The notes beneath the pieces were generated by a model. The model worked only from the letters and a program-made list of their open reading frames with translations. It was not told where the DNA came from and searched no databases. A DNA stretch of 64,000 nucleotides, taken from the IMG/VR virus record IMGVR_UViG_3300034102_002845; one strand, given 5' to 3'. A program made the translations under genes and the position numbers. Shown here in pieces: positions 34,276 to 44,175 of this stretch (the first letter of the stretch is position 1; each line of letters begins with the position of its first letter). Source of the DNA: a virus (taxonomy: Duplodnaviria; Heunggongvirae; Uroviricota; Caudoviricetes).

Positions 34276-34722
34276 ATGAAACAACTAACTTTCTCAACTG
34301 GTTCCCAAGTTGAAGCTCAGTTCGGTGCCCCGACCCTTGCCCGTCGAAAAACTTTGGTGCAAAAACGTGAGACGTCCGGTAGGGAGGTTTTCTCTTTTCC
34401 TTGGGGAGAATTAGAAGCGGTACAAGGAGTGGACTACGTACTCACACCACTCGATGGCACCGATTCGTACCCTTGCAAGATTGACATCTTTGCAGATAGC
34501 TGGGAAGAGACTGTGCCGAATTCGGGAGTGTATCGGCGCAAGGCTCTGGCCAAAATTGTCCAAGTGCCGCTAGGCTTCGAGATCACCCTTGAGACCCTTG
34601 AAGGTGACACGAAAGTGTACCACCCTGACTATATTGCGATTGGGGTTACGGACGAGGTTTATAGCAACGGGAAAGAGTGGGTCGATGCCAATCTTGACAT
34701 CCTCTCTCAAACTTGCATCTGA
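34276..34722 (+). CDS. PGDYG-like hypothetical protein
   Basis: GVDYVL...YPCKIDIF..S; TLEG....PDYIAIG. Confidence 0.55.
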   Translation: MKQLTFSTGSQVEAQFGAPTLARRKTLVQKRETSGREVFSFPWGELEAVQGVDYVLTPLDGTDSYPCKIDIFADSWEETVPNSGVYRRKALAKIVQVPLGFEITLETLEGDTKVYHPDYIAIGVTDEVYSNGKEWVDANLDILSQTCI

Positions 34723-35034
34723 CACGACGCTTAAGGCTTCCAGGGTAGCCCGTCAAAGCTACCCTTAAACTAAAACCGATTAACAACGTGGAAACCCCAA
34801 ACCCAAGATTTCATCCCCGCCACACCGTTCGGGAGTGGATGTTAGAATCCCGACATGGTTAAGGTAGAATTGATTGGCAGCGCTGCTCCTGGATTGCCGC
34901 AAGGCGTTATCTGCGCAAGTTTCAACGCAGGCTGATTTGATTGACTCTTTCACCGTGGCTCACTTGAAAACCCACCGCACTAAGTAGAATGTCACGCTAC
35001 CCAAGCCCCACACCCCAACTCACTGCATTGGCGC

Positions 35035-35274
35035 ATGGTACCGATTTCTGAGAAAACAAGGACTAGACTACTAAAAGAAAGTCAGTCTTGGTTAGACTAT
35101 CATGGGACAGCTGCAGTTGAAAAGGTGGTAGCCAACTATCCGCGTGTTTGCCCTGATTTCATAAGGAAACACGCTCTGGTAATGAGAGCAATACACGACT
35201 TACCCGCCGAAATTGACAGGTTTAATAGGTTCAACTGGTGCCTTAAAACCCCTAACTGCGTGACCCCTGTTTAA
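35035..35274 (+). CDS. hypothetical protein
   Basis: ORF. Confidence 0.4.
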   Translation: MVPISEKTRTRLLKESQSWLDYHGTAAVEKVVANYPRVCPDFIRKHALVMRAIHDLPAEIDRFNRFNWCLKTPNCVTPV

Positions 35275-35602
35275 ATTCGAACTGCCCACGGCCCACTCAG
35301 AAGGCTCCGGCACTGGAGCTAAAGAGCTAGCCGACGAGTACCAGGCTGCGTACCGGGCGATTAACTGGGCCTGCGAGGCTCTGGCAGTCACCACCTGTGA
35401 CGCTAGGGACTTTCACTCAGAGTGTGCCTGGAAGCAAGCCCAGCTTGACCGAGATGATATGTTCAGCAAGTTGACTGAGTTGCAGCATTACACCGCGTCT
35501 TGGATGTGCCGGGTTTGCTCAACCCCGACTTGCGGACCCCTCACCAGCGTCAGTATCGCTGAGTAGCCTAAACAACACACTCGTTTCATTCTAACTCAAC
35601 CC

Positions 35603-35842
35603 ATGCCTAAGTTCGAAGTCATTCTCCCCTGTACAATGAGCGTCCATATGATTGTGGACGCCGTAGACAGAGAGGACGCCGTAGACAAAGCGTTAGAGGT
35701 ACCCTTTATCTGTAAAATAGATGGCGATGAGGGGAAGAGTGTAAGCGTATGGGAGTTTGAAGCACACAGGGAAGTTGTAAAAGGTAATGTTTTCTACGGC
35801 GTACAAAATGAGCCGGAGGTGACTTTGGCCGAGCACGACTGA
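35603..35842 (+). CDS. hypothetical protein
   Basis: MPKFEV...V.AVDREDAVDKA phage motif. Confidence 0.55.
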   Translation: MPKFEVILPCTMSVHMIVDAVDREDAVDKALEVPFICKIDGDEGKSVSVWEFEAHREVVKGNVFYGVQNEPEVTLAEHD

Positions 35843-36186
35843 GGTCCCTGTCGCAAGGTTACACTAAAGTGGGCGGTTTACCGAACCTAAACCGACGGTT
35901 TCCACCCTTGTTTCTGCAGCGCAGAAACGGTATAGTTACTTCATTGAAGCCCCGCCCATGACCCCAGCCACTCTTCCTCCCGTCGCTCGCGAGATCGAAG
36001 CCCAAATCCTTAAGGGGTGCGGCTCAAGGGTTGAGTAGTTCTTTCGCAGTGGCGACGCCTACACCCTTGTGGGATCCTCCGACGCTGTCCGTGCAGCTAC
36101 ATCCTTTTGCGTATCCAACAGACTAGCCAAGCTGACTGAGGAAATTCACTATAACAAAGAAACGGAAGAGGCATACGGATACTTAG

Positions 36187-36921
36187 TTGCAGCTTGACCG
36201 AAAACCTGAAACCCCACCCCCCAAGCGAACCATGTTTGACCCCAACAGCATCACCCCTCCAGCGGAGTATGTTGACTACATTGCAAATAACACACATCGC
36301 AATACGATTCAGTCCGCAGCCTTCTGGGCCCAATGGGGAGCAGCCAAGGCTGTTGAAGAACTGAGGCATCAAATGCCAACGGATGGCATTCGGGACAGGC
36401 CTCCGACTGAGGCAGATGGGGACCTTTATAAGGGGCAGGTGCAGATTCTTGAGTACGGGTACTGGAGAAACACCCACTGGACGTCCGTTGCTTCAAACCA
36501 CTGCGGAGCACTCAAGACTGACGGAGACAGGCCCGATTTATTGCCATGGCTTCACACACCCAGCTGGCGTCCGAAGCCAGAGCTCACGCCTAACGAGCGT
36601 GCGCTGGCGCTGCTAAAAGGAGTACGTGACCAGTTTACCGATGAGGAGTTCACCCTTCTTACAAGGGTTGTGGAGTCTGCGCCCGTTAAAACTACTCCCG
36701 CCACACCCTTAACCATTGGAAACCACGTAGTTAAGCCCGGAGATATCTTGACTCTTCGCAACAATAAGGCCATCACCGTCCACCAGGTAGTCTGGGGCGA
36801 CGATCTGTGGCAAGTTTCATACAGAGTTCAGCCCCTTGGCGAGACACTCGGCTGCGTATCCGTTTATGCCAATGGCATTAACCCCTTTTACAGAGAGTTA
36901 GATATTCTTGCAGTCAAGTAG
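36187..36921 (+). CDS. hypothetical protein
   Basis: 244-aa ORF. Confidence 0.55.
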   Translation: MQLDRKPETPPPKRTMFDPNSITPPAEYVDYIANNTHRNTIQSAAFWAQWGAAKAVEELRHQMPTDGIRDRPPTEADGDLYKGQVQILEYGYWRNTHWTSVASNHCGALKTDGDRPDLLPWLHTPSWRPKPELTPNERALALLKGVRDQFTDEEFTLLTRVVESAPVKTTPATPLTIGNHVVKPGDILTLRNNKAITVHQVVWGDDLWQVSYRVQPLGETLGCVSVYANGINPFYRELDILAVK

Positions 36922-36931
36922 GTGACTACCC

Positions 36932-37222
36932 TTGTCTGAGCCAACCACTGACACATTTAACGCCGATTGGGCATCACCACCCGGTGAATTGATCGGGGTG
37001 GTCCTTGAGGAACTCGGCTGGACCCGCGCCGAGCTGGCCCAGCGGCTGGATTTCAGTGCCGAAGGCGTTGATGACCTTTTAAATGGGCGCACAGCGATCA
37101 CGGGGGCTACGGCTGAGGCTCTTGCAAACGTCCTCGGGCACACGGCGGGCTTTTGGCTGCGGCTTGAGTCAAACTATCAGAACGACCTGGTGCGCATTTC
37201 GCCGTCGAAAATCTTGCTTTAG
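36932..37222 (+). CDS. HigA-family (Xre HTH) antitoxin-like protein
   Basis: SPPGE.I...LEE.G.T.AELA.RL......LLNG...IT...A..LA.VLG....FWL.LE.NY. Confidence 0.8.
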   Translation: MSEPTTDTFNADWASPPGELIGVVLEELGWTRAELAQRLDFSAEGVDDLLNGRTAITGATAEALANVLGHTAGFWLRLESNYQNDLVRISPSKILL

Positions 37223-37337
37223 GGCGGTTTCCACCCCTTGCCCTGGGGCGGTTTCCCCGTTTGTTTTCCAGAAGGAAAACGCTATAGTTGCTCCAGGGAA
37301 AGCACCACCCAACTCATAAAAACCACTGAAGCCCTGT

Positions 37338-37580
37338 ATGAAAACAACACTGAAACAACTCGTTGACCAGGGATTTGTCTTCGATAAAGCTCCACGTAGT
37401 GACGAAAACCGTATTTTCCGGAACACACGGGACGGTAATCTTTATCAGGTGTTCCTTGTAACACCGCATTTGCACACTGGGGGCTACCTGGCAGCCCAGC
37501 GTATGTTTTTTGCGAATGGGGATCCCAAAGCGATCCCGGAGTCTCGGCTCAAAGACTACGTTGTTGTTGCTCATCGGTAA
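37338..37580 (+). CDS. hypothetical protein
   Basis: after promoter. Confidence 0.55.
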   Translation: MKTTLKQLVDQGFVFDKAPRSDENRIFRNTRDGNLYQVFLVTPHLHTGGYLAAQRMFFANGDPKAIPESRLKDYVVVAHR

Positions 37581-37615
37581 CTTAAGTGAACAATCCCCTC
37601 GCAACGAAATAGAAT

Positions 37616-38035
37616 ATGGTCGTTGACCCTAATGACACCCCTACGAGTCTCGTAAAAGTCCAAGAGATTATCGAAGGAAAAAATACCGTAGTTCAACAAG
37701 TTCTAAACACACCCCTTTGGGTTTTGACTGCAGAACTACCACCCTTACAAAAGGGGGACTACGTCCTCGCCACCAAGTACGACGACGGCGACCCCTGTGA
37801 TCAGTTCTGTGTGGGCATTTACCGTAACCCTCTCACTCAGTACACCAGCCTTAGACACGACATCGTGGACTCGGATGGTAATCTTTTTCGGGGGAACGGC
37901 TTTCGGCGTGCAGAGGTTATAACTCAGGAAGAAGGGAGTGCCCTTATCGCGTTGTTCCCGGAAATAAGTGATAAGCCTGGGAAATCTCTATGGTGGCACC
38001 TTGATACAATCCGAGGCGTGCCCAACCCCCTATGA
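37616..38035 (+). CDS. hypothetical protein
   Basis: GDYVLATKY.DGDP.D..CVG phage motif. Confidence 0.6.
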   Translation: MVVDPNDTPTSLVKVQEIIEGKNTVVQQVLNTPLWVLTAELPPLQKGDYVLATKYDDGDPCDQFCVGIYRNPLTQYTSLRHDIVDSDGNLFRGNGFRRAEVITQEEGSALIALFPEISDKPGKSLWWHLDTIRGVPNPL

Positions 38036-38062
38036 CCCTTGTGAGAACCTAGACGAGTAGCC

Positions 38063-38479
38063 ATGACAGACACACAACCGAAGACAACCCCGGAAACATT
38101 TTGCATCTGGCTTCAAGGCTTCTTAGATGGAGCTGGCAGTGAACTTACATCCAACCAGCTTTCTGCCTTAAAGGAAAAGCTCCACACAGTTTTCTCTCAT
38201 TTTAACCCAGACACAGACTCCCGCACCAGCGACACAGTATCGGAGGAACTTCGCAGAGTCTACGACGAGTACTTAAGAGACAGGGAGAAGAAAGTCCCTC
38301 TTTCGCCCTTCGTACCCTCTCCGTGGTCGCCGCAAGCCCCGGTTCAAATCCCCATTCCGTATAACCCTTACAGGCACCCTGGTATCGAACCCTGGAACCC
38401 CCACAAGGTTTATACGGGGCCAGCTGTAACACAAACGTTGACTGACGCACAGCTTCACCGAAACTTCACATCTCGCTAA
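38063..38479 (+). CDS. hypothetical protein (F..WLQGF family)
   Basis: motif shared with 39691 and 39943. Confidence 0.6.
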   Translation: MTDTQPKTTPETFCIWLQGFLDGAGSELTSNQLSALKEKLHTVFSHFNPDTDSRTSDTVSEELRRVYDEYLRDREKKVPLSPFVPSPWSPQAPVQIPIPYNPYRHPGIEPWNPHKVYTGPAVTQTLTDAQLHRNFTSR

Positions 38480-38488
38480 TACAATAAA

Positions 38489-39658
38489 ATGGGCAGCTGG
38501 AACAAAACTTGTGGTCTATCCAACCTTCACATTCATGCTGGGCAACCCGTCTATGTGTTTATCCTTGAGGAAAATGTAAATAAGGGTGACTTTTGCTATT
38601 CTAGCTGCCTTTACACACCGTGTCTTGTGCCGTTCACCAGCGTGTACGACGATTACGGTGGCGGAGAGAACTCCTCTGGCATTAGCCTTCCCTACCTCCT
38701 CGATGGCTTACGAAAGAACCTCGTTGAGCTTGAAGTTGGGGCGAATAGCTACCACGACATCACCGTGAAGCGCGAAGAGTTCGACATTGATAAGTTCTTC
38801 GAGTCCTGTCACGAAGACCGCCTTCAAGTTTCCAGCCACAGGGGCAATAGGCCAGTGAAATTTACGATGATGCGCAAAGACGTTGTAGACGGGGTCCTGA
38901 ACCGCTTCTCGTTATACAACTACCAAGATTCAAAGTCTTACACTTACCGTGACTGTTTAGAACAGCTTGGGGCGGTGTCTGAGAAAATTGAAAAGGCTTT
39001 CAACGACCGGAATAACGGGTATGGGCCAACCTGGGTAGTTTCCGCAAAATTCCCCGAGTTGCACAAAATCAAGTATATCTTAGACTGGTCAGGCTCGTTG
39101 TTTACAGAGCAATTACTGTCTGGGCTGTTTAGTGGCAACAGGACGGCTTCATCGTTAAATGTTGATGATATTGTCTTTAGTATTGCAACAGCAGCGAGCC
39201 TTAGCCAGGGAGAAAGACTGTGCAACCTGAAAGAGTTTCTCTCAGACTGCCTAAAGGGTATTGTCCTTGACACTTTCATGGACAAGACACGAAAGCTGTG
39301 GACTCCAGGGGGACACGAGGGTAGCCAGAACACTGACTTGGACGGACACAAGATTCTTCTCTCAGTTGTCCAAGATGTTGTTCGCACCGAAGAAGACAAA
39401 ACAGAAAGGGAGGAGTGGCCCCTGTATGACCAAGAATCTTTGCTCAGCCCTACAACTCCATGCAACCACTTTGAGGTAAGAATGAGCGTCGAACTCGCAC
39501 AAGAGTTTCACGAGATTCAGGAAATTACTGGACTGAATGCGGCTGAAGTGTTTCGTCGCGCCATTGCTATCTACAAAATTGCAAAGGAGGCTGTGAAAAA
39601 CGGCGAACAAGTCATTCTCAGGTCCGAAGAGAGGGAGAGGTGGCTCACTTCAATCTAA
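38489..39658 (+). CDS. conserved phage protein with C-terminal RHH-like domain
   Basis: MGSWNKTCGLS N-terminus; FEVRMSVELAQEF.EI.E.TGLN.AEVFRRAI tail. Confidence 0.65.
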   Translation: MGSWNKTCGLSNLHIHAGQPVYVFILEENVNKGDFCYSSCLYTPCLVPFTSVYDDYGGGENSSGISLPYLLDGLRKNLVELEVGANSYHDITVKREEFDIDKFFESCHEDRLQVSSHRGNRPVKFTMMRKDVVDGVLNRFSLYNYQDSKSYTYRDCLEQLGAVSEKIEKAFNDRNNGYGPTWVVSAKFPELHKIKYILDWSGSLFTEQLLSGLFSGNRTASSLNVDDIVFSIATAASLSQGERLCNLKEFLSDCLKGIVLDTFMDKTRKLWTPGGHEGSQNTDLDGHKILLSVVQDVVRTEEDKTEREEWPLYDQESLLSPTTPCNHFEVRMSVELAQEFHEIQEITGLNAAEVFRRAIAIYKIAKEAVKNGEQVILRSEERERWLTSI

Positions 39659-39690
39659 CTTCTTTACTTCACTCACATCTTTCATACAAA

Positions 39691-39903
39691 ATGAACAAAG
39701 ACGAATTTTCAACTTGGCTCCAGGGGTTCATCCTTGGTGTCACAGGTGTAGAACTGAATGAAAACCAAGTAAGTCTCATCAAAGGTAACCTGAACAAGGT
39801 GAAGTCTGACACGGCCAATACCCCCGTTACAGAGACACTCACAGGTACGACCCCGTGGCGTCCTGGCGGCACCGGCCCGAACGGTGAAATTTACCGCTGC
39901 TGA
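39691..39903 (+). CDS. hypothetical protein (F..WLQGF family)
   Basis: motif. Confidence 0.55.
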   Translation: MNKDEFSTWLQGFILGVTGVELNENQVSLIKGNLNKVKSDTANTPVTETLTGTTPWRPGGTGPNGEIYRC

Positions 39904-39942
39904 TTTGATCCCTTACACAACTCACCCTAACACCTAATTAAA

Positions 39943-40266
39943 GTGAAATCACGCGACTTTTGCTACTGGCTTCAAGGATTCTTCGAGCTTGCCGAACCGG
40001 TCACACTCACACCGACGCAAGTTGAAACGATCCAAAACCACTTGAGTATGGTTTTCTACCACGAGATTGACCCTTCCTTTAGTGGTCCGAAAGAACAAGA
40101 AGCCCTAAATAGGCTTCACTCACCAAATATACACTCGGTTAGCTCAGCGGTAGAGCGCCCTCCTTACAAGTGGGGGGTGCCACAGAGTGAATCCACGTGT
40201 CCAGAGTCGGGGCACCATACGGCGCACGGAGAAGATCGTACATCGACCACCAGGATTAAATGTTGA
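39943..40266 (+). CDS. hypothetical protein (F..WLQGF family) containing an embedded tRNA-Val fragment
   Basis: motif; 40131-40174 identical to 33173-33216. Confidence 0.65.
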   Translation: MKSRDFCYWLQGFFELAEPVTLTPTQVETIQNHLSMVFYHEIDPSFSGPKEQEALNRLHSPNIHSVSSAVERPPYKWGVPQSESTCPESGHHTAHGEDRTSTTRIKC

Positions 40267-40273
40267 GCAAACA

Positions 40274-40462
40274 ATGACACTCCTCGACCCACCCACTCTG
40301 GCAGAAATAACCCGTATCGCCAGCGAGATTGCTGATGAAAAAAATAATGCGGCACGAACGCAGAGTCGGTTGGGTAAGTGGTCTCATTGGCGTTGCGTTC
40401 GTGGGTGGAATTGTACACTCTATTTGGCTCCTGAAGCAGCTCAGTGCGTTTACGAGTCTTAG
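40274..40462 (+). CDS. hypothetical protein
   Basis: ORF. Confidence 0.45.
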   Translation: MTLLDPPTLAEITRIASEIADEKNNAARTQSRLGKWSHWRCVRGWNCTLYLAPEAAQCVYES

Positions 40463-40513
40463 CTGAGGGTACAATAAATCTTTGCTTAAAACCCCGCCAC
40501 ACGGCGGGAACAA

Positions 40514-40585
40514 GGCTGTATAGTTCAGCGGTAGAACAGCTCTTTCATACGGAGTGGGTCGCAGGTTCGATTCCTGCTACAGCTT
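40514..40585 (+). tRNA. tRNA-Met/Ile2(CAT)
   Basis: GCTCT-TTCATAC-GGAGT. Confidence 0.85.
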
Positions 40586-40624
40586 TTACGGATGATTTCT
40601 AGGTAAGAGGGTAAATTTGTAAGA

Positions 40625-41434
40625 GTGCCCCCTTCCATGCAAAGTTCTTTTTCTTACGAAAGTTTTCGAAAACTCTCGCAACTTTTACCTGAGGGGTACA
40701 CGCTCGACTTCGCACGTTGTGTGAGGAAAGACGGCACTGCGTACGGAACATCGGGAAAGTGCCGTAAAGGCGTAGAGCAGGTGAAGGAAGTCCTGCGCAG
40801 GGCGGTGAAGAGGTCCGACGAGGAGAAACAGGAACAAGAGTACGAAGATCGCTGGTGGGCCAAACAGATTAACGAAAAGCTAGTTGATGAGCCCGAAAGA
40901 CGAGATATTGCTATCAAGAGGTTTAACCTAAATCGTGACAAGGCCAACAACATACGAAACTTAGACGATGGGTCCACAGTTGTCGTGTCGAACCAGACTT
41001 TTGTCTCCTTAAAGAGAAGACTGAACGACTTTGACGAAGTTTCCCTAAAATTCAAGGGGAACACGAAGGAAGTTGATTTTCTTGTAAATGGGGAGTACGA
41101 CTACGGGAGTATAGAAGACCCTCGCGACAAAGTCAAAGCGGCACTCACCGTAAGACGTATGTTTGGGCTCCTCACGCAGTCTCTTACCCCAGGCGAGGTC
41201 ATTCATTGTTACGCCTACGACGAGGACGGCAGAGGAGACAAACGCAAGAAAGCCTACGAGCGAATAGGATTTGTGGACAAAGGAGACGGACAATTGGTTG
41301 GCCAGGTTCGCAAAGGTGGTGGCGTTGAGCCGCCGCACTCCTTCTCCGAGAACCTTGGAAGTTTGAAAGACTGGTACGTTGTTCTATTCGGGGAGCTTCC
41401 CTCAAGGGGGACACCGAAGGATCACCTTGGTTGA
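40625..41434 (+). CDS. protein with C.R.DG..YGT.G.CRKG motif and possible GNAT-like C-terminus
   Basis: motif shared with 22440; DGRGDKRKKAYERIGF. Confidence 0.65.
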   Translation: MPPSMQSSFSYESFRKLSQLLPEGYTLDFARCVRKDGTAYGTSGKCRKGVEQVKEVLRRAVKRSDEEKQEQEYEDRWWAKQINEKLVDEPERRDIAIKRFNLNRDKANNIRNLDDGSTVVVSNQTFVSLKRRLNDFDEVSLKFKGNTKEVDFLVNGEYDYGSIEDPRDKVKAALTVRRMFGLLTQSLTPGEVIHCYAYDEDGRGDKRKKAYERIGFVDKGDGQLVGQVRKGGGVEPPHSFSENLGSLKDWYVVLFGELPSRGTPKDHLG

Positions 41435-41486
41435 GATTAAGCTTGCACACCTGCAAACACCCTGACACACTCTTCAACATAGTCGA

Positions 41487-41735
41487 ATGAAAAAGACCAC
41501 AGGAAAGTACGACCACTCAACCGCCGAGGGGCAAAAGCGAATGATGGCGGAGTCGATGGGCAGATTCTACTCCCCCCCCCCCAAACCAATAACCGCATGG
41601 AAGCCAGGTGACCCTGACTATGGGGCTGACCCTATCGGTGATGGTACCCATCGTATGGTTCCCTCTGGTGACATTGTTTCTCTTGAGGAAAGGTGCAGAA
41701 GGCTTGCACGCCTACAAAACCTATCAGAATCCTGA
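41487..41735 (+). CDS. hypothetical protein
   Basis: DYGADPIGDG..RMVPSG motif. Confidence 0.5.
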   Translation: MKKTTGKYDHSTAEGQKRMMAESMGRFYSPPPKPITAWKPGDPDYGADPIGDGTHRMVPSGDIVSLEERCRRLARLQNLSES

Positions 41736-41897
41736 CACCCTAAAGAAGCATGGCAAAACCTGAGTCAAAACAGGAGTCAATCCTGCTGTGGCAGCGAGGA
41801 AAGCGTAGGTGGAAGAGCCACCTGCGGTCTCTACCCTACATAAAAAGACAGATATCTCGCACTCGACGACGTCTAGCAAGGAGGGCTTTACGGACCC

Positions 41898-42158
41898 TTG
41901 AATAGGCTATACTGCGCCGTACACCTGCCCCAGGTCACTATGGACTTTGACAACCCTCATACCCCAGAAATCCCACGTCCTCCCGCACCGGACAGCATCA
42001 TTAGTTATGAGCTTGTCCCCGGTGACTCACGTTTAGGCAGCGACTCGTACATTCTTGCAGTGGATCAGGGCGGTTCTCTTTGGCTCTGCTTTCACCTACG
42101 GGGCACTCGGCGCTCCGACGTCCCCTCCCTGTCTCACAACTGGCAACGACTAAACTAG
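41898..42158 (+). CDS. hypothetical protein
   Basis: ORF. Confidence 0.4.
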   Translation: MNRLYCAVHLPQVTMDFDNPHTPEIPRPPAPDSIISYELVPGDSRLGSDSYILAVDQGGSLWLCFHLRGTRRSDVPSLSHNWQRLN

Positions 42159-42230
42159 GGCGGTTTACCCTCCTTCTCGGGGGCGGTTTACCCCTTGTCT
42201 CTGCGGGGGTAGAAACGGTATAGTTAGTTC

Positions 42231-42527
42231 ATGGAAAACAACCTCAGCCTCAGCCCCGCCCAGATCACCGCCATCGAAGAAACTCTTGCGAGTATGACTC
42301 GCGGTTTCGAGAAACGCCCCTTAGTAGACTCTTTGCTCCTGACACTGTTCCCCGAGCAAGACCCTAAGTTCCTGAGGAGCTGGGGCTCACTCAGATACAC
42401 TCATCTGAAAGTGACAGCGTTTCCTGAACGCCAGCTCTGGATCCTAAAGAATATGGTTGAGGGGGTTATTTCAGGGGCTGCCCAGGACTGGTACAAGGGC
42501 TACCTTGAAGAGTACCCCGGTGCATAA
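42231..42527 (+). CDS. hypothetical protein (probably leaderless)
   Basis: ATG 6 nt after TATAGT. Confidence 0.6.
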   Translation: MENNLSLSPAQITAIEETLASMTRGFEKRPLVDSLLLTLFPEQDPKFLRSWGSLRYTHLKVTAFPERQLWILKNMVEGVISGAAQDWYKGYLEEYPGA

Positions 42528-42581
42528 CGCACTTGGCTAAAACCAAGCAGGTGTGGCCCCGTGTAGCCCACTCCTGAGCAA

Positions 42582-42654
42582 GCCGGCATAGTTCAGCGGA
42601 CAGAACGCGAGCCTTCTAAGCTTGATGTCGGGGGTTCAAATCCCTCTGCCGGTG
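42582..42654 (+). tRNA. trnR: tRNA-Arg(TCT)
   Basis: loop CTTCTAA. Confidence 0.9.
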
Positions 42655-42674
42655 TTAACCAACCTTACAAAACA

Positions 42675-43019
42675 ATGCAAGACCGCGAAACCCACCTGCG
42701 TGGAGTTGCCGCATGGAAATTCGCCTACGCTCAGCTCAGCGAGCGTCAGCGCACTCGTAAAATGGAAATCAAGGACTCTCAGAGAAGCATCGAAGATCTT
42801 CCTGTGTTCTCCTACGTCTGGCCGCAAGAACGCCAAGACGAGTGGAACCTTAAGTACGGACGTTCCTACGGCTCCTACACCAGCTACCATTCTAAGCTTC
42901 AGCTCGCCGTTAACGACGTTGCCCTTCAAGCACAGGCGATGCTTCGAATCCGCTCTGAAATGAGGGCTCAAGCGGGTCGGGACACTTCCTTAGTTCCTAC
43001 CGTTGCAGTTGCTTCCTGA
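42675..43019 (+). CDS. hypothetical protein
   Basis: ORF. Confidence 0.6.
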   Translation: MQDRETHLRGVAAWKFAYAQLSERQRTRKMEIKDSQRSIEDLPVFSYVWPQERQDEWNLKYGRSYGSYTSYHSKLQLAVNDVALQAQAMLRIRSEMRAQAGRDTSLVPTVAVAS

Positions 43020-43128
43020 GTAGCTTCGGGGGTGAGAGGGCGGTAAACCGTTTCATTTGGGACGGTTTCCCCGCTTGTTTCTGCACCGAAGAAACGGTAT
43101 GATTAATTCAGTCGAGCCACTCGAAACA

Positions 43129-43662
43129 ATGACCAACCCCAGCCAAATTTCTGACGAAGAAACCACTCAAACAGTTGCCCAGTGGGCAGCTAGTAAAGAC
43201 CGAGCAGAACGCAAAGCTCATCTAAAGGCTGAGAAAGCTGCGCAGCAGCAAAAGGATCTTGAGGCGAATTTGGCTGCGGCGACAGCAGAGTTGCCGTGGA
43301 CCATCCTGAGCCTTATGGCTAAAGCCAGAGAGCTTAGGGTGGACCCCATCCTTGAACGAATCACCTACAGTGAGTTCGGTGAGGCTGTAACACCGGATCG
43401 ATTCTCCCTTACTCTCGACACTTCAGATCCGATGGGTGGAGGCGGTGTGAAATTCTCTCGGCGGGGGCCTCAGACACAATCGGAGCTGAGTTCCCTTGAG
43501 TCCGACCTTTGGGACGCAAAGGAGTTCCTAATCGAGGTTCAACGCTTAAAGGATGAAGAGAAGCGAGTTCGAGAACGGAAAGCCGAACTTTTAGCTTCCC
43601 TAAGCCAGGACGATCTGGAAATCCTGGGACTTGCACCCAAACCAACTACAAGTCGGTGGTGA
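43129..43662 (+). CDS. hypothetical protein
   Basis: after promoter; LLASLSQDDLEILGL tail. Confidence 0.55.
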   Translation: MTNPSQISDEETTQTVAQWAASKDRAERKAHLKAEKAAQQQKDLEANLAAATAELPWTILSLMAKARELRVDPILERITYSEFGEAVTPDRFSLTLDTSDPMGGGGVKFSRRGPQTQSELSSLESDLWDAKEFLIEVQRLKDEEKRVRERKAELLASLSQDDLEILGLAPKPTTSRW

Positions 43663-43922
43663 CGCACATGAGAAAACAAAACGTGGAATTGCACAACAAA
43701 AACGTGGCGTTGCAGAGGCAAGTTACTCTGCTACAAAATCATTGCAAAACCCTTGAGACGCTAAGGCGAATTGAGACTCTGAACGCTACAAACTTTGAAA
43801 ACTTCCTTGTTAAGAACCACTACAGGTTAGTTTTCTTGGATGGGCAAATTCACTTCCCCGTCTATCACCACCCAGGGGTAAAGGTGTGCGCCGAGGGAAG
43901 ATTTGCACGTCAAATGGGGTAG
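43656..43922 (+). CDS. hypothetical protein
   Basis: ORF. Confidence 0.4.
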   Translation: MVTHMRKQNVELHNKNVALQRQVTLLQNHCKTLETLRRIETLNATNFENFLVKNHYRLVFLDGQIHFPVYHHPGVKVCAEGRFARQMG

Positions 43923-43948
43923 TCACCCCCGGCAAATTATGCAGCCAA

Positions 43949-44022
43949 GCCTCCTTAGCTCAGCGGATTAGAGCACACGGTTTCGGCCCGTGGTGTCAGA
44001 GGTTCGAATCCTCTAGGGGGCG
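43949..44022 (+). tRNA. trnR: tRNA-Arg(TCG)
   Basis: CACGG-TTTCGGC-CCGTG. Confidence 0.9.
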
Positions 44023-44094
44023 TAACCCCATAAGGTTACCATCATACTGAGTCCGGTTTGCCCCTTGCAGGGACCATACGGGCTTAAGCCAAAA

Positions 44095-44168
44095 GCCCTG
44101 TTAGTTCAGTGGATTAGAACATCTCTTTCCTAAAGAGAATGTCGCAGGTTCAAATCCTGCACAGGGCG
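44095..44168 (+). tRNA. trnR: tRNA-Arg(CCT)
   Basis: TCTCT-TTCCTAA-AGAGA. Confidence 0.9.
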
Positions 44169-44175
44169 TTTACCC

